A DNA stretch of 36,772 nt from positions 1 to 36,772 of IMG/VR virus record IMGVR_UViG_3300020045_006747. One strand, 5' to 3'. Positions 9,641 to 19,060 of this stretch are shown one piece after another. How positions within the stretch are numbered: the stretch's first letter is position 1; every line of letters starts with the position of its first letter. Made by a program: the position numbers and the translations under genes. The stretch comes from a virus. Taxonomy: Duplodnaviria > Caudoviricetes. Under the pieces are notes generated by a model. It was not told the DNA's origin, searched no databases, and worked only from the letters and a program-made list of their open reading frames with translations.

Positions 9641-10674
9641 CAGACCTCGCTCTTAACAATACAGTAGTTACGATCAGTAATACACCTGGAACGACCGACA
9701 ACTTTGTGATTGCCGGGCCTGCCACCCGCTCAGACGGCCTACCGGTGCGTGACTTGACCGCTGCTCACAATGGCAAATCGTTCACCATTACCGCTTATGA
9801 CGCTGCTGGTGACGAACAGCGCACTGGCTGCGTTTACACCCATGCGACTCGGACACTCACACGCGGTACGCTGGAAGATAGCTCTACCGGATCAGCCATC
9901 AATCTGACCAGCGCGGCTGTGGTGACGGTGACGATTACGGCGGGGATGGGTAACAGCCTGGACATGGTGATGCGGTCTCACATCGGCGGCTTGTTGATCA
10001 CAAAAGGCACCGGCAACACCATCAACATCAGCGCGGGCACCGCGTATGTCCCGGCGTCAGATCGAGTGCTTTCATTTGCAGGCGTCACCAGTGCATCGGC
10101 GGGTGCGCTGGGGGTATCTCAGTGGCATCAGGTCTATTTGTATGACAACGCGGGAACGGTAAGTCTGGAGGTCGTCAACAACGCAAACCCTCCAAGTACC
10201 CCTTACGTTGGCACGGCGCGACAAGGCGGCACAAACAGCAATAGGCGCTGGATTGGCTGCTTTCGCACAGATGCATCAAGTAACGTGGTGGCATACGAGG
10301 TGATGGCGGAAGGCGCGTCTTATTCCGCCTACGCCATTGGGGCGCCCATTCGCGTGTTGAACAATGGCGTAGCGACAACAGTGACGCAGGTGTCGATTGC
10401 GTCTGCCGTCCCCAAATACGCCGCTGTAGCCGCTTATGCCACGGCCTACATCACCGCGCTTAACACTGGGGGGAATGCGTTGAATCTGAGTACCGGCGCA
10501 TCCGGGTCTTCGGTAATTGAACTAAATGTGCCGCAAATGCCAGTCAATGGCACCTTGTTGTCTTTGCGCGTGGATATGCAAATAGATGCCGCTACGCCCA
10601 GCGTCTCTTACAAAGTGTTTTCGGCCTCTGGCGGCGGCTACATCGACGTTTCTGGCTATAGGGTGGCACGATGA
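9637..10674 (+). CDS. Putative tail fibre/receptor-binding protein
   Basis: The start MTDLALNN is ATGA-coupled to the previous gene. About 345 aa, Thr/Ser/Gly-rich, with RRWIGCFRTD. Followed by a chaperone-like gene. Confidence 0.6.
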   Translation: MTDLALNNTVVTISNTPGTTDNFVIAGPATRSDGLPVRDLTAAHNGKSFTITAYDAAGDEQRTGCVYTHATRTLTRGTLEDSSTGSAINLTSAAVVTVTITAGMGNSLDMVMRSHIGGLLITKGTGNTINISAGTAYVPASDRVLSFAGVTSASAGALGVSQWHQVYLYDNAGTVSLEVVNNANPPSTPYVGTARQGGTNSNRRWIGCFRTDASSNVVAYEVMAEGASYSAYAIGAPIRVLNNGVATTVTQVSIASAVPKYAAVAAYATAYITALNTGGNALNLSTGASGSSVIELNVPQMPVNGTLLSLRVDMQIDAATPSVSYKVFSASGGGYIDVSGYRVAR

Positions 10675-11084
10675 AATACGCAGTAAAAATCGGCACAACG
10701 AGTGCATTTTGCATTGATGGCTTGGCACTACCAACAGATCATGTCGAATATGACGGCGAGTTCACGCCAACGCTGATTTGGGGAGACGATGTGCAGAATC
10801 TGCGTGAGCCTACCGCAGAGGAAGCAGCAGTAACCCTAGCAGCCGCCCAGCGTGCTGCTATTCCCACAGTCTCCCCCCGCCAAATCCGACAGGCCCTGAC
10901 CATCGTTGGCTTGCGTTCAGCAGTCGAAGCCTTCGTGGCTTCCAGCGACCAAGACACAAAAGACTGGTGGGAGTTCTCGACAGAGTTTGAGCGCAACCAC
11001 GCCAAAGTTGTTTCTGCAATTGCTGTAATTGGCGTGTCTGATCAGCAAGCTGACGATTTGTGGCTGCTGGCCAACTCTTTGTGA
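10671..11084 (+). CDS. Putative tail-fibre assembly chaperone
   Basis: VSPRQIRQAL...WWEFSTEFERNH...QADDLWLLA resembles the small proteins that follow fibre genes. ATGA-coupled. Confidence 0.55.
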   Translation: MKYAVKIGTTSAFCIDGLALPTDHVEYDGEFTPTLIWGDDVQNLREPTAEEAAVTLAAAQRAAIPTVSPRQIRQALTIVGLRSAVEAFVASSDQDTKDWWEFSTEFERNHAKVVSAIAVIGVSDQQADDLWLLANSL

Positions 11085-11091
11085 GTCCTAA

Positions 11092-11490
11092 ATGACCTGG
11101 GGCTCAAGCGCATGGGGTGACAAGCCGTGGGGGTGGGTGCCCAGCGCATCAAGCGGAGGAGCCACGGTGGTGGGGACACTTGCTGATGCTACTGCTATAG
11201 GATTTACGGGTGCCGTTAGTAATCCTATGGTTGTTGTCGTCAACGCAGTGCTTGGTGTTGCGGTGGCAGTAGGGTTTACGGGCACTGTTGTTGGCGGTAG
11301 CGGTGTTGTAGTTGGTGGTACACTCGGTATTGCTGCCGCATCTGGATTATTAGGCGTCGTAGGTTTCACTGCTGCTGTCAACGGCTTACTTGGCGTCGCA
11401 TCGGCATACGGACTTACCGCGACGGTGTGCTCGGGCACGCCAATAACGACCTCACCTTATACTCGTTTTATCAGGGCTTTCGCAGCTTAA
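11092..11490 (+). CDS. Gly/Val/Ala-rich repeat protein (probably virion-associated)
   Basis: N-terminal WGSSAWGDKPWG and repeated (V/I)GFTG.V and G.LG.A.A units. Fills the operon gap in the sense orientation. Confidence 0.55.
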   Translation: MTWGSSAWGDKPWGWVPSASSGGATVVGTLADATAIGFTGAVSNPMVVVVNAVLGVAVAVGFTGTVVGGSGVVVGGTLGIAAASGLLGVVGFTAAVNGLLGVASAYGLTATVCSGTPITTSPYTRFIRAFAA

Positions 11491-11498
11491 GGAAAATT

Positions 11499-11834
11499 AT
11501 GGCAGTTACTATCAAACCACTTATCCCCGCAAAAATTGCGGAGGCAGTGCAGACTACTCAGTATATTGCTATTGGTGTCAGTGCCATTATCGATAAATTC
11601 ACCGCCACCAATTTTAGTGCGGGTGTTGCCGTTATTTCGGTGAATTTGGTTACAGTGGCGGATACTGCGGGGAACCAAAATTTGATCACCAAAACCAAGA
11701 CACTGCAACCCGGTGAAACTTATACTTTCCCGGAATTGGTCGGCCATATTTTGGCTCCAAGTGGGTTCATCAGCACGTTGGCCGGCACTGCCACATCGAT
11801 CAATATCCGGGCTTCCGGGCGTGAGGTGACTTAA
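11499..11834 (+). CDS. Small conserved podovirus structural protein
   Basis: MAVTIKPLIPAK...ETYTFPELVGHILAPSGFIST...IRASGREVT. RBS AAGGA. Confidence 0.7.
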   Translation: MAVTIKPLIPAKIAEAVQTTQYIAIGVSAIIDKFTATNFSAGVAVISVNLVTVADTAGNQNLITKTKTLQPGETYTFPELVGHILAPSGFISTLAGTATSINIRASGREVT

Positions 11835-12268
11835 TGGATATGCGGCAAAAAGTAGATCACTTAGAATTCGCGTTACGAGAAGTGCCTCAAGTCAGCTGTC
11901 CAATCAGACATTACTTCGCGCCGGGGATGTATGCTAGAGAAATCACGATCCCGAAGGGCACAGTGTTGACGGGTGCAATACATAAGACAGAAAATCTCGC
12001 TATCTTATCTGCGGGGCGGCTTCAGTTGGTAACTGATCAAGGAACTGTTGAGATTGCAGCTCCACATATTTTAGTAGTCAAGCCCGGACAGAAAAATGCG
12101 GCATTGGCGCTTGAAGATTCTGTGTGGACTAATTTCTTCCCTACAGACGAGACTGACACAGACAAACTCGTCGAGTTGTTAACAGAATCAAAAGCATCTG
12201 AATTATTGGGTGGCACAGATAACTTGCAACTAACTGCGCAACGCGCAGTAGAAAAACTGGAGGGTTGA
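11834..12268 (+). CDS. Cupin-like (RmlC fold) hypothetical protein
   Basis: HYFAPGMYAREITIPKGTVLTGAIHKTEN double-stranded beta-helix pattern. TAATG-coupled. Confidence 0.65.
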   Translation: MDMRQKVDHLEFALREVPQVSCPIRHYFAPGMYAREITIPKGTVLTGAIHKTENLAILSAGRLQLVTDQGTVEIAAPHILVVKPGQKNAALALEDSVWTNFFPTDETDTDKLVELLTESKASELLGGTDNLQLTAQRAVEKLEG

Positions 12269-12269
12269 T

Positions 12270-13022
12270 ATGGCATTTGGATTATCTGCTGGAGCCGCAG
12301 CCTTAGTAGGAGCTGTTGCGGCACCTGTTATCGGTGGCCTGATTGCTGGGGATGCGGCGCAGTCGGCAGCTGGAACAAGTGCAGCGGCATCTGATCGCTC
12401 CATTGCGCTGCAGAAGGAAATGTTCGACAAACAGATGGCGCTGCAAGAACCGTTCCGGACGGCGGGCATTGCTGGACAAAATCGGTTATTGGAGTTGCTG
12501 GGGCTTGGCGGCAGTAAAACTGCTGCGGGTTACGGCAAATACGCCAAAGACTTCAGCATGCAAGATTTTCAAGCCGACCCCGGATACGCATTTCGTTTAT
12601 CTGAAGGTTTGAAAGGGCTTGACCGCACCGCTGCTGCTCGTGGCGGGCTTATTTCGGGGGGGGCACTTAAAGCCGCCACCCAGTACGGCCAAGAAATGGG
12701 TTCGCAAGAATACCAGAATGCGTTTAATCGTTATCAAACTAACCGCACGAATCAACTTCAGCCGCTTGGGAATTTGCAATCTGTGGGACAATCTGCGGCC
12801 AGCAATCAAGGTTCTGCTGCGGCTAATTATGGTAGCGCAGCTGGAGCTGCAATCACAGCCGGTGGTCAAGCGCAAGCTGCAGGCCAGCTCGGTCAAGGCA
12901 ATACGATCGCTAATGCCTTGACCGGGGCGACTACCGCATACCAGCAGCAACAAAACTTCAATAATTGGCTGAGTTCACAAAACCCGACCACATCTGCACC
13001 TTCAACTCCTGTTTGGACCTAA
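12270..13022 (+). CDS. DNA ejection (internal virion) protein, gp7-like
   Basis: Hydrophobic Gly/Ala N-terminus, DPGYAFRLSEG and AAARGGLISGGALKA. First of three Ala/Gln-rich genes. Confidence 0.75.
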   Translation: MAFGLSAGAAALVGAVAAPVIGGLIAGDAAQSAAGTSAAASDRSIALQKEMFDKQMALQEPFRTAGIAGQNRLLELLGLGGSKTAAGYGKYAKDFSMQDFQADPGYAFRLSEGLKGLDRTAAARGGLISGGALKAATQYGQEMGSQEYQNAFNRYQTNRTNQLQPLGNLQSVGQSAASNQGSAAANYGSAAGAAITAGGQAQAAGQLGQGNTIANALTGATTAYQQQQNFNNWLSSQNPTTSAPSTPVWT

Positions 13023-13024
13023 TC

Positions 13025-14251
13025 ATGGCAAACCTCAATGCCTTAATCGCACAGGGTGTTCAGTTTAAAGCACCCCCGGACCCATTTGACCAATATGCGA
13101 AGATGCAACAATTGACGCAGGGACAGCAGGCCAACCAATTGAATCAGATGAAGATGCAGGAGTATCAACGGGGGGTTGAGGAACAAAACCAGCTCCGCCA
13201 ACTGGACCCGTCTGCTCCTGACTACTTGGCGCAGGTGTCGCGGGTAAACCCGAAGTTGGGGTTTGAATTTGGGAAGTTGCAACAAGAGGCAGCTACAGCC
13301 AAACTGACCCAACAAAAGACTCAAATTGAAAGCGCAAAAGCCAAGCAGGCCATGATAGCCCAAGCAGCCCGCGACATTAGTAGTAACCCGTCAGACGCAC
13401 AATTGACTGCGTATCTTGAAGACATCATGCGGTCAGATCTGTTTACAGAAGCCGAAAAAGCCCAAGTAGCTGCCCGGCATCAGCAGTTACTTGCGTTACC
13501 TTATGAGCAGCGCAGCCCAACACTTGCAGCCACAGGCGCAACTGCCGGAGAGCTGAAACCGCACATAACTCCGCAGAATCTCGGTGGTTCAGTCCAGATC
13601 ATGTCGACCCCCGCATTTGGTGGCGCTGCGTCAGTAGTGCCGGGGTCTTCGCAAGCCACGACAATTACCCCCGGTCAAGATAGGGCCAATCAGATCGCGG
13701 AAGCCCGCCTCAGTCTTGCCGAAGGCCGGGCGGCGGCGGGCCCCAAAGCCCCCGACCTGAAGCAAGTCCCAGTCCACGCCCAGAAAGCAATAGTCGGTGC
13801 AGCTACCACTATCGAGAAATTGGACAATGTCATTGCCGCGATGGAAGCAAAAACGGGCGGCGATGCTACAGGACTTAAAGGATACCTCCCGAATGTGGTC
13901 TTGAATCGTGCCTATCCGGAAGGAACAGACGCTCGTGCTGCCGTTGCGGATATCGGATCGTTGGTACTTCACGACCGAAGTGGCGCAGCAGTCACGGCGG
14001 CTGAAACGCCACGGCTCATGCCATTCATCCCGCAGATCACCGATACCAAAGAAGTGGCGCTGAAGAAATTGAAGCGGATGCGTCAAATCCAAGTCGATGA
14101 AGCGGAAGCGCTGGCGGGGACGTACACACCAGAACAGGGATTCCGTGAATTCAAAACCCCAACGAAGCCGGGCGATGCCCCTGTTGGTGCTGGTCTAAGT
14201 CCTGAAGAACAAGCTGAACTTGATCAACTCCGGAAAAGGTTCAAAAAATGA
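13025..14251 (+). CDS. DNA ejection protein 2 (gp20 position)
   Basis: Starts at MANLNALIAQG, 2 nt after the previous stop. Gln/Ala-rich helical protein with RSGAAVTAAE. Confidence 0.65.
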   Translation: MANLNALIAQGVQFKAPPDPFDQYAKMQQLTQGQQANQLNQMKMQEYQRGVEEQNQLRQLDPSAPDYLAQVSRVNPKLGFEFGKLQQEAATAKLTQQKTQIESAKAKQAMIAQAARDISSNPSDAQLTAYLEDIMRSDLFTEAEKAQVAARHQQLLALPYEQRSPTLAATGATAGELKPHITPQNLGGSVQIMSTPAFGGAASVVPGSSQATTITPGQDRANQIAEARLSLAEGRAAAGPKAPDLKQVPVHAQKAIVGAATTIEKLDNVIAAMEAKTGGDATGLKGYLPNVVLNRAYPEGTDARAAVADIGSLVLHDRSGAAVTAAETPRLMPFIPQITDTKEVALKKLKRMRQIQVDEAEALAGTYTPEQGFREFKTPTKPGDAPVGAGLSPEEQAELDQLRKRFKK

Positions 14252-16107
14252 CCCCCCGCGAAGAACTTGCTGCCCTACGACGGATGGCCGAGCTAGAGGC
14301 AAAAGCTTCAGGCGCTCCTGCTCCAGTCTCACCAGTATCCGTCCCCGGCCAGCCAACTCCACCCGTCAAACAAGAGGCGTCTGCGGGTGACATCGTGGCC
14401 GGACTGCCCGCCACCCGAATGATTGTGGGTGCTGCTGCCCCTCTGATTGGTGCCGCCCAACTCGGAGCCAATGTCGGGGACTGGATCGCCGGAAAGATGG
14501 GCCAAGACCCGGTACTCGGTAAATTCCTCGCCGAAAAAGTGGGCGAATATGAGGCCGCAAAAAAACGCGGCATGGTCGCTCTCGGAGACACCGGGCCGGA
14601 TGTGGCGGGTGTGGTCGCGGGAGGGGTCACCGGAGGTGCCGCGCTGCGCGGGGTCGCACCAGCGGCCAGCTGGGGGGGCAGGGTAGCTCAGGGCACCGCC
14701 GTGGGCGCGGGAGCCGGTGCTACAACACCGTCATCGACTCCCGGCATCGAACAGTCACTACTACAAGCGGGAGGCGGTGCCGCTATCGGCGGTGGTGTTC
14801 CAGCAGTGGCCCCAATCATCGCGAAAGGTGGTCGTGCCGCATACCGTACTTTGATTGAGCCGATGGTTGATCCGGCGTCCATTAAAGGTAGGGCGTATTC
14901 AGAGGCAGCGGGCAATAAAGCGCCTGAAATCATTGCGGCGCTCCGGGCAAATCAAGAAATCGTTCCGGGGAGCTTGCCGACTGCAGGTGAAGCGGCCACG
15001 AGCGCGGGGCGGGCAGAGTTCAGCGCACTTCAGCGCAGCGCTGAGAAGGTGCTCCCGACTAATTACTTGGCCCGAGCCGATGCCCGAAATGCGGCGCGGC
15101 TAAATCAACTTGGGTCAGTGGCAGGGACAGAAGCGGACTTAGCAGCAGCACAGAATTTGCGGGCAACCACGGGGACCCAGAACTATAGTACCGCCATGGC
15201 CCAAGGCATTGACCAACAGATGGCAGCAGCGATCAAACCCCAGATCGACAGTCTGATGGGTCGGCCTTCAATGGAAAAGGCAAAAGCGCTTGCAGTGAAG
15301 TTAGCGCGCGAGAAAGATATCGCCCTCACCGATTTTGGCTCACTTGAAGGTCTGGATTGGGTGAAGAAAGGTCTGGACGAACAGATTTCATCGGCGGCAA
15401 AAGTCGGCACGTCTGCGGGCAAGCTGGAACTCGCTGCTTTAATGCAGACGAAGCAGGATTTGCTGGCCACCATAGATCAGATCGCACCAGCGTACACCAC
15501 CGCACGTCAAACATTCGCCACCCAGAGTAAGCCGATCAATCAGATGGAGGTCGGCCAATATCTGAAGGATAAGTTAACCCCCGCACTTGATGATACGGCG
15601 GCGCAAAAGGCGGCTTCATTTGCCGGTGCTGTCCGTGATGCTCCCGGAACAATCAAGCGGTCACTGTCGGGTGCTCCACGCTACGAAAAGTTGTTGGATG
15701 TTTTAACTCCCGATCAAGTGGCAAAGATTGAAACGATTCGCCAAGATTTGGCCCGCGTTGCCCGCCAAGAAATGATGGCACAGAAAGGCGCTCAAGCTGG
15801 CCCGAACGCAATGGATGTCGCGAGTCAGTCGATTTCCGGGGCCACTGGTGGCGGTAAGATCCCGAACCCGCTCAGCCGGGTTGTTACGATCGCCAATGCT
15901 ATTATCGGTCGCATGGAAGGCAAAATTGATAAGAAACTCGCGCTTGAAATCGCCAATGAAATGCTTGATCCGAAACAAGTGGCCGCTATTCTCGAAAAAG
16001 AGGGAGTAAAATCCACTAAGAAAGCCGCTTCAGTTAAGGCCGTGAATAGCTTGCGCCTTCCCGCTACCGCTCTCGCCACTCAAAACGCTCTATCCTCCAA
16101 AGATTAA
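14248..16107 (+). CDS. DNA ejection protein 3 (gp16 position)
   Basis: 619 aa, Ala/Gly-rich with hydrophobic GxxxG segments. ATGA-coupled. Confidence 0.65.
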   Translation: MTPREELAALRRMAELEAKASGAPAPVSPVSVPGQPTPPVKQEASAGDIVAGLPATRMIVGAAAPLIGAAQLGANVGDWIAGKMGQDPVLGKFLAEKVGEYEAAKKRGMVALGDTGPDVAGVVAGGVTGGAALRGVAPAASWGGRVAQGTAVGAGAGATTPSSTPGIEQSLLQAGGGAAIGGGVPAVAPIIAKGGRAAYRTLIEPMVDPASIKGRAYSEAAGNKAPEIIAALRANQEIVPGSLPTAGEAATSAGRAEFSALQRSAEKVLPTNYLARADARNAARLNQLGSVAGTEADLAAAQNLRATTGTQNYSTAMAQGIDQQMAAAIKPQIDSLMGRPSMEKAKALAVKLAREKDIALTDFGSLEGLDWVKKGLDEQISSAAKVGTSAGKLELAALMQTKQDLLATIDQIAPAYTTARQTFATQSKPINQMEVGQYLKDKLTPALDDTAAQKAASFAGAVRDAPGTIKRSLSGAPRYEKLLDVLTPDQVAKIETIRQDLARVARQEMMAQKGAQAGPNAMDVASQSISGATGGGKIPNPLSRVVTIANAIIGRMEGKIDKKLALEIANEMLDPKQVAAILEKEGVKSTKKAASVKAVNSLRLPATALATQNALSSKD

Positions 16108-16118
16108 AGGAAACTGAA

Positions 16119-17585
16119 ATGTCTTCAAAAGCTCTTAAAAATAAAGTCAAGCTCAATGATTGGGTTTCAGTTAAGGATTTCGGTGCAGTGGGGGATGGAG
16201 TAACGGACGACACAGCAGCTTTCATGGCTGCAGTGTCTACAGGCAAACTGGGGCATCTGCCTGTAGGCTTGTACCGCATCACAGCTCCCCTGACGGGAGG
16301 GGGTGCGACGCATATCCAGCTCGAAGGAGAAACACCCTGTCATATGCCGGATCAGGGTATTGATAATCTGATCAGCGATACGAATTCCAGTAGTTACACG
16401 GATCTACCACCAGCGTCCTTGTACGAAAACTTCACAGTGATTCTCTGTGACGGGTGTAACCTTATCGGCACACCTGACAGCGCCAGCATTGGTGCATCCA
16501 ACGCCCTGAGAAGTCTTAAGAATGTTGTTCTTTGGGGCAAAAACGGCGCAAAGATCGGCGTTTACACTACAGGGACAAATTGCCAAATTGACAACATCTC
16601 TACTGTCCTTTTTGAGCGGGCCGGAATTGTCAACCGTGGTCAAATCCTAAGCCAGATTTCCAATATTTCCAGCTTTGATTGTGGGTGGAATGTCGCTGGT
16701 TCAGGGACATCGGGTTACCCCAACACATATACCAGCGGTTGCAGCGTTTTAATTCTTGCTAATAAAATTGCCAACGACTACACGACAGTAACACCAGCAA
16801 ACCGGCCAACTACGCTCGACGTCCGAAACATATGGTCATACGTCAGAAACCATACGGAAACTACAAAAAGTGGGTTGCGCGGAGTGCATGCACACGGGTT
16901 AACGCAAAGTATTCTCTCGAATCTCGGTGGCTATACGGGCAACTTTTTTAACATCTGCTCGGGAAGTTTAGAGGCTCCTTACGTGGAGAACTACGCCACA
17001 AGTGGATATACAGCAGGCGACGCAACCCCGATTTGCGAAGCCTTTGTCAACTGCATTATGTCTATCGAGCCGGGGTATCTAGCTAATTTAGGTGGATCAA
17101 CCCCAACAGTAGCTGTGATCGATAACGCAGTTCCGACTATTAATGCGAGTGTAACTCAACTTGTTAATGGTGTTTATGTTCCAGTAAACAGGCCGTCAGC
17201 TCCTCAATTAACTAAGCAAATCACCGTAGGTACATCTGGAACGACACAAAGTTATACTTTTCCGAACTTCATAAGGAATACCGCAGGGTTTGTCGGGTTT
17301 TTATCTGTGTCTCTCATAAAGACGGTCGATTACACGAATTGGTCTAGAGCTTTGTTGTACGTGGCAAACCACCGGGCCGGTGGAACTGCATGGCAGATCG
17401 GGACGAGTACTTCGATAGCCGCAAGTAACAGTGCGGGGGTGACCGGCATCTACGCAGCAACGATCGGAGCAACGTGGTCTGGGGCTGACTTGATTGTCAC
17501 GGTTACTTGGGGTGCATCCTGGGGACCGACAACCGCATGGCAGTTAGATATAGCAGCGTTCGGGGCAGGAACGCTAAGTACATGA
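16119..17585 (+). CDS. Tailspike/depolymerase-like protein with a pectin-lyase-type beta-helix, lacking an N-terminal anchor
   Basis: VSVKDFGAVGDGVTDDTAAF...LPVGLYRIT at residues ~16-55, followed by Asn/Ile-rich beta-helix-like sequence. RBS AAGGA. Confidence 0.8.
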   Translation: MSSKALKNKVKLNDWVSVKDFGAVGDGVTDDTAAFMAAVSTGKLGHLPVGLYRITAPLTGGGATHIQLEGETPCHMPDQGIDNLISDTNSSSYTDLPPASLYENFTVILCDGCNLIGTPDSASIGASNALRSLKNVVLWGKNGAKIGVYTTGTNCQIDNISTVLFERAGIVNRGQILSQISNISSFDCGWNVAGSGTSGYPNTYTSGCSVLILANKIANDYTTVTPANRPTTLDVRNIWSYVRNHTETTKSGLRGVHAHGLTQSILSNLGGYTGNFFNICSGSLEAPYVENYATSGYTAGDATPICEAFVNCIMSIEPGYLANLGGSTPTVAVIDNAVPTINASVTQLVNGVYVPVNRPSAPQLTKQITVGTSGTTQSYTFPNFIRNTAGFVGFLSVSLIKTVDYTNWSRALLYVANHRAGGTAWQIGTSTSIAASNSAGVTGIYAATIGATWSGADLIVTVTWGASWGPTTAWQLDIAAFGAGTLST

Positions 17586-17607
17586 TCAACCGAATCAATA
17601 ACCAATT

Positions 17608-17931
17608 ATGACTTCCTCCGACACCGAACTCGGCTCCCCAATTCCTGACCGCCGACAGGAATCTGAAACTCCAATTAACTGCAACGCAGACTGCAAAGCT
17701 GTGTTTGTGCTGGAGCGGCGGGTTAACTCTCACGCCACTGAACTTGCCGCGCTCAAGGAAATGATCGCTACGAACAACGCGCAGACTAAGGAAATCCTGG
17801 ATATCGTCGGGCTTGGCCGGGCGTTTTTCAGAGTGCTTGGATGGATTGGTTCAATGGTCAAGCCTGTCGTGATCGTTGGCGGTGCGGTCGCCGCTACAGT
17901 TACTTGGATCAAAACAGGAACATTTAAATGA
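17608..17931 (+). CDS. Membrane protein, putative holin/antiholin
   Basis: Coiled coil followed by a C-terminal hydrophobic segment. Directly upstream of the endolysin with an ATGA overlap. Confidence 0.55.
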   Translation: MTSSDTELGSPIPDRRQESETPINCNADCKAVFVLERRVNSHATELAALKEMIATNNAQTKEILDIVGLGRAFFRVLGWIGSMVKPVVIVGGAVAATVTWIKTGTFK

Positions 17932-18404
17932 TTACTTTCGATGAAGCATTTGATCGGCTACTTGGGCATGAGGGGCGATATTCTAATAATCCCGCTGATC
18001 CGGGTGGTGAAACCAACTGGGGTATTTCTAAACGGAGTTACCCACATCTGGACATTAAGAATTTGACGCGGAATCAAGCAGCTGTGATTTATTATAAAGA
18101 CTTCTGGGAACCGTTGATCGAAGCACGCCCCGCCGTTAAATACCAAGCTTTTGATTTCGCGGTAAACTCCGGGATTCAAACCGCAATTCGAAAGCTTCAA
18201 GCAGTTGTCAATGTGGCAGATGATGGCCATTGGGGTCCTCGATCTCAAGCGTCATTGGCAGCAGCAGAATTGAACGATGTTTTGATGCGTTACGCCGCTA
18301 GTCGGCTGCGTTTCATGACTAGCTTGTCGAATTGGTCTGATGCAGGTAAAGGATGGGCGATTCGTATCGCAGGACAACTTGAATACGCAGCGAAGGACAA
18401 CTAA
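17928..18404 (+). CDS. Endolysin, glycoside hydrolase family 108
   Basis: HEGRYSNNPADPGGETNWGIS, FDFAVNSG, DDGHWGPRS and GKGWAIR. Confidence 0.92.
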   Translation: MITFDEAFDRLLGHEGRYSNNPADPGGETNWGISKRSYPHLDIKNLTRNQAAVIYYKDFWEPLIEARPAVKYQAFDFAVNSGIQTAIRKLQAVVNVADDGHWGPRSQASLAAAELNDVLMRYAASRLRFMTSLSNWSDAGKGWAIRIAGQLEYAAKDN

Positions 18405-18907
18405 TGGACCCGATCTCAATCGCCTTGGGACTATCCCAGTTTGCCCCAGCCATCATCCGCTGGGTAAGTGGTAATGATAAAGCGGGCGACGCGGCACAGA
18501 AAGTAGTAGATGTGGCCGCCCAGATAACAGGTAAAGCCCCAGACCAAGTGATCAATGCTTTGAAAGCAGACCCTTCACTGGTCCTGGAGTTCCGTAAGGC
18601 GGTGATGACCAATGAAGCAACTATGGACGCCATGTACTTGGCGGATGTGGCGGATGCCCGGAAAAGAGATACCGCCTTGGGCGCTCACAATTACCGGGCT
18701 GATTCAATGTACGTGCTGGCGGTGATATTGATCGGGGCGCTGGTTTGGGCTGTACTCAACTCTGCGATGGACGAATACGCCAAAGGAATCGTCACCCTAG
18801 TCTTGGGCCGGTTTCTCGGATACCTCGACAACATCTATAGCTTTGAGTTCGGAACTACGCGCTCCAGCAAAGTTAAGGACTCGACCATCGAGAACCTCAC
18901 CAAGTAG
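18404..18907 (+). CDS. Putative holin
   Basis: MDPISIALGLSQFAP N-terminus, DVADAR, two hydrophobic segments and YSFEFGTTRSS. TAATG-coupled to the endolysin. Confidence 0.65.
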   Translation: MDPISIALGLSQFAPAIIRWVSGNDKAGDAAQKVVDVAAQITGKAPDQVINALKADPSLVLEFRKAVMTNEATMDAMYLADVADARKRDTALGAHNYRADSMYVLAVILIGALVWAVLNSAMDEYAKGIVTLVLGRFLGYLDNIYSFEFGTTRSSKVKDSTIENLTK

Positions 18908-19060
18908 CTTTTTATGTGAACACCCGGCACAGCCGGGGTCCGCATATTTGTCGTCGGCCTGATACCTGCAATCTTTCGTCATCCGAAAAGGAATAACCTC
19001 ACCGTGGGAAGTCAAGAAGGTTTCCCCGAAGGGGAGACGGTTATAACAGCCGTAAGTCAT
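18797..19060 (-). CDS. Small Cys-rich hypothetical protein
   Basis: GCYNR...IPFRMTKDCRY...DPGCAGC. ATGA-coupled to the primase stop. The C-terminus overlaps the holin gene convergently. Confidence 0.55.
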   Translation of the reverse strand: MTYGCYNRLPFGETFLTSHGEVIPFRMTKDCRYQADDKYADPGCAGCSHKKLLGEVLDGRVLNFAGARSSELKAIDVVEVSEKPAQD

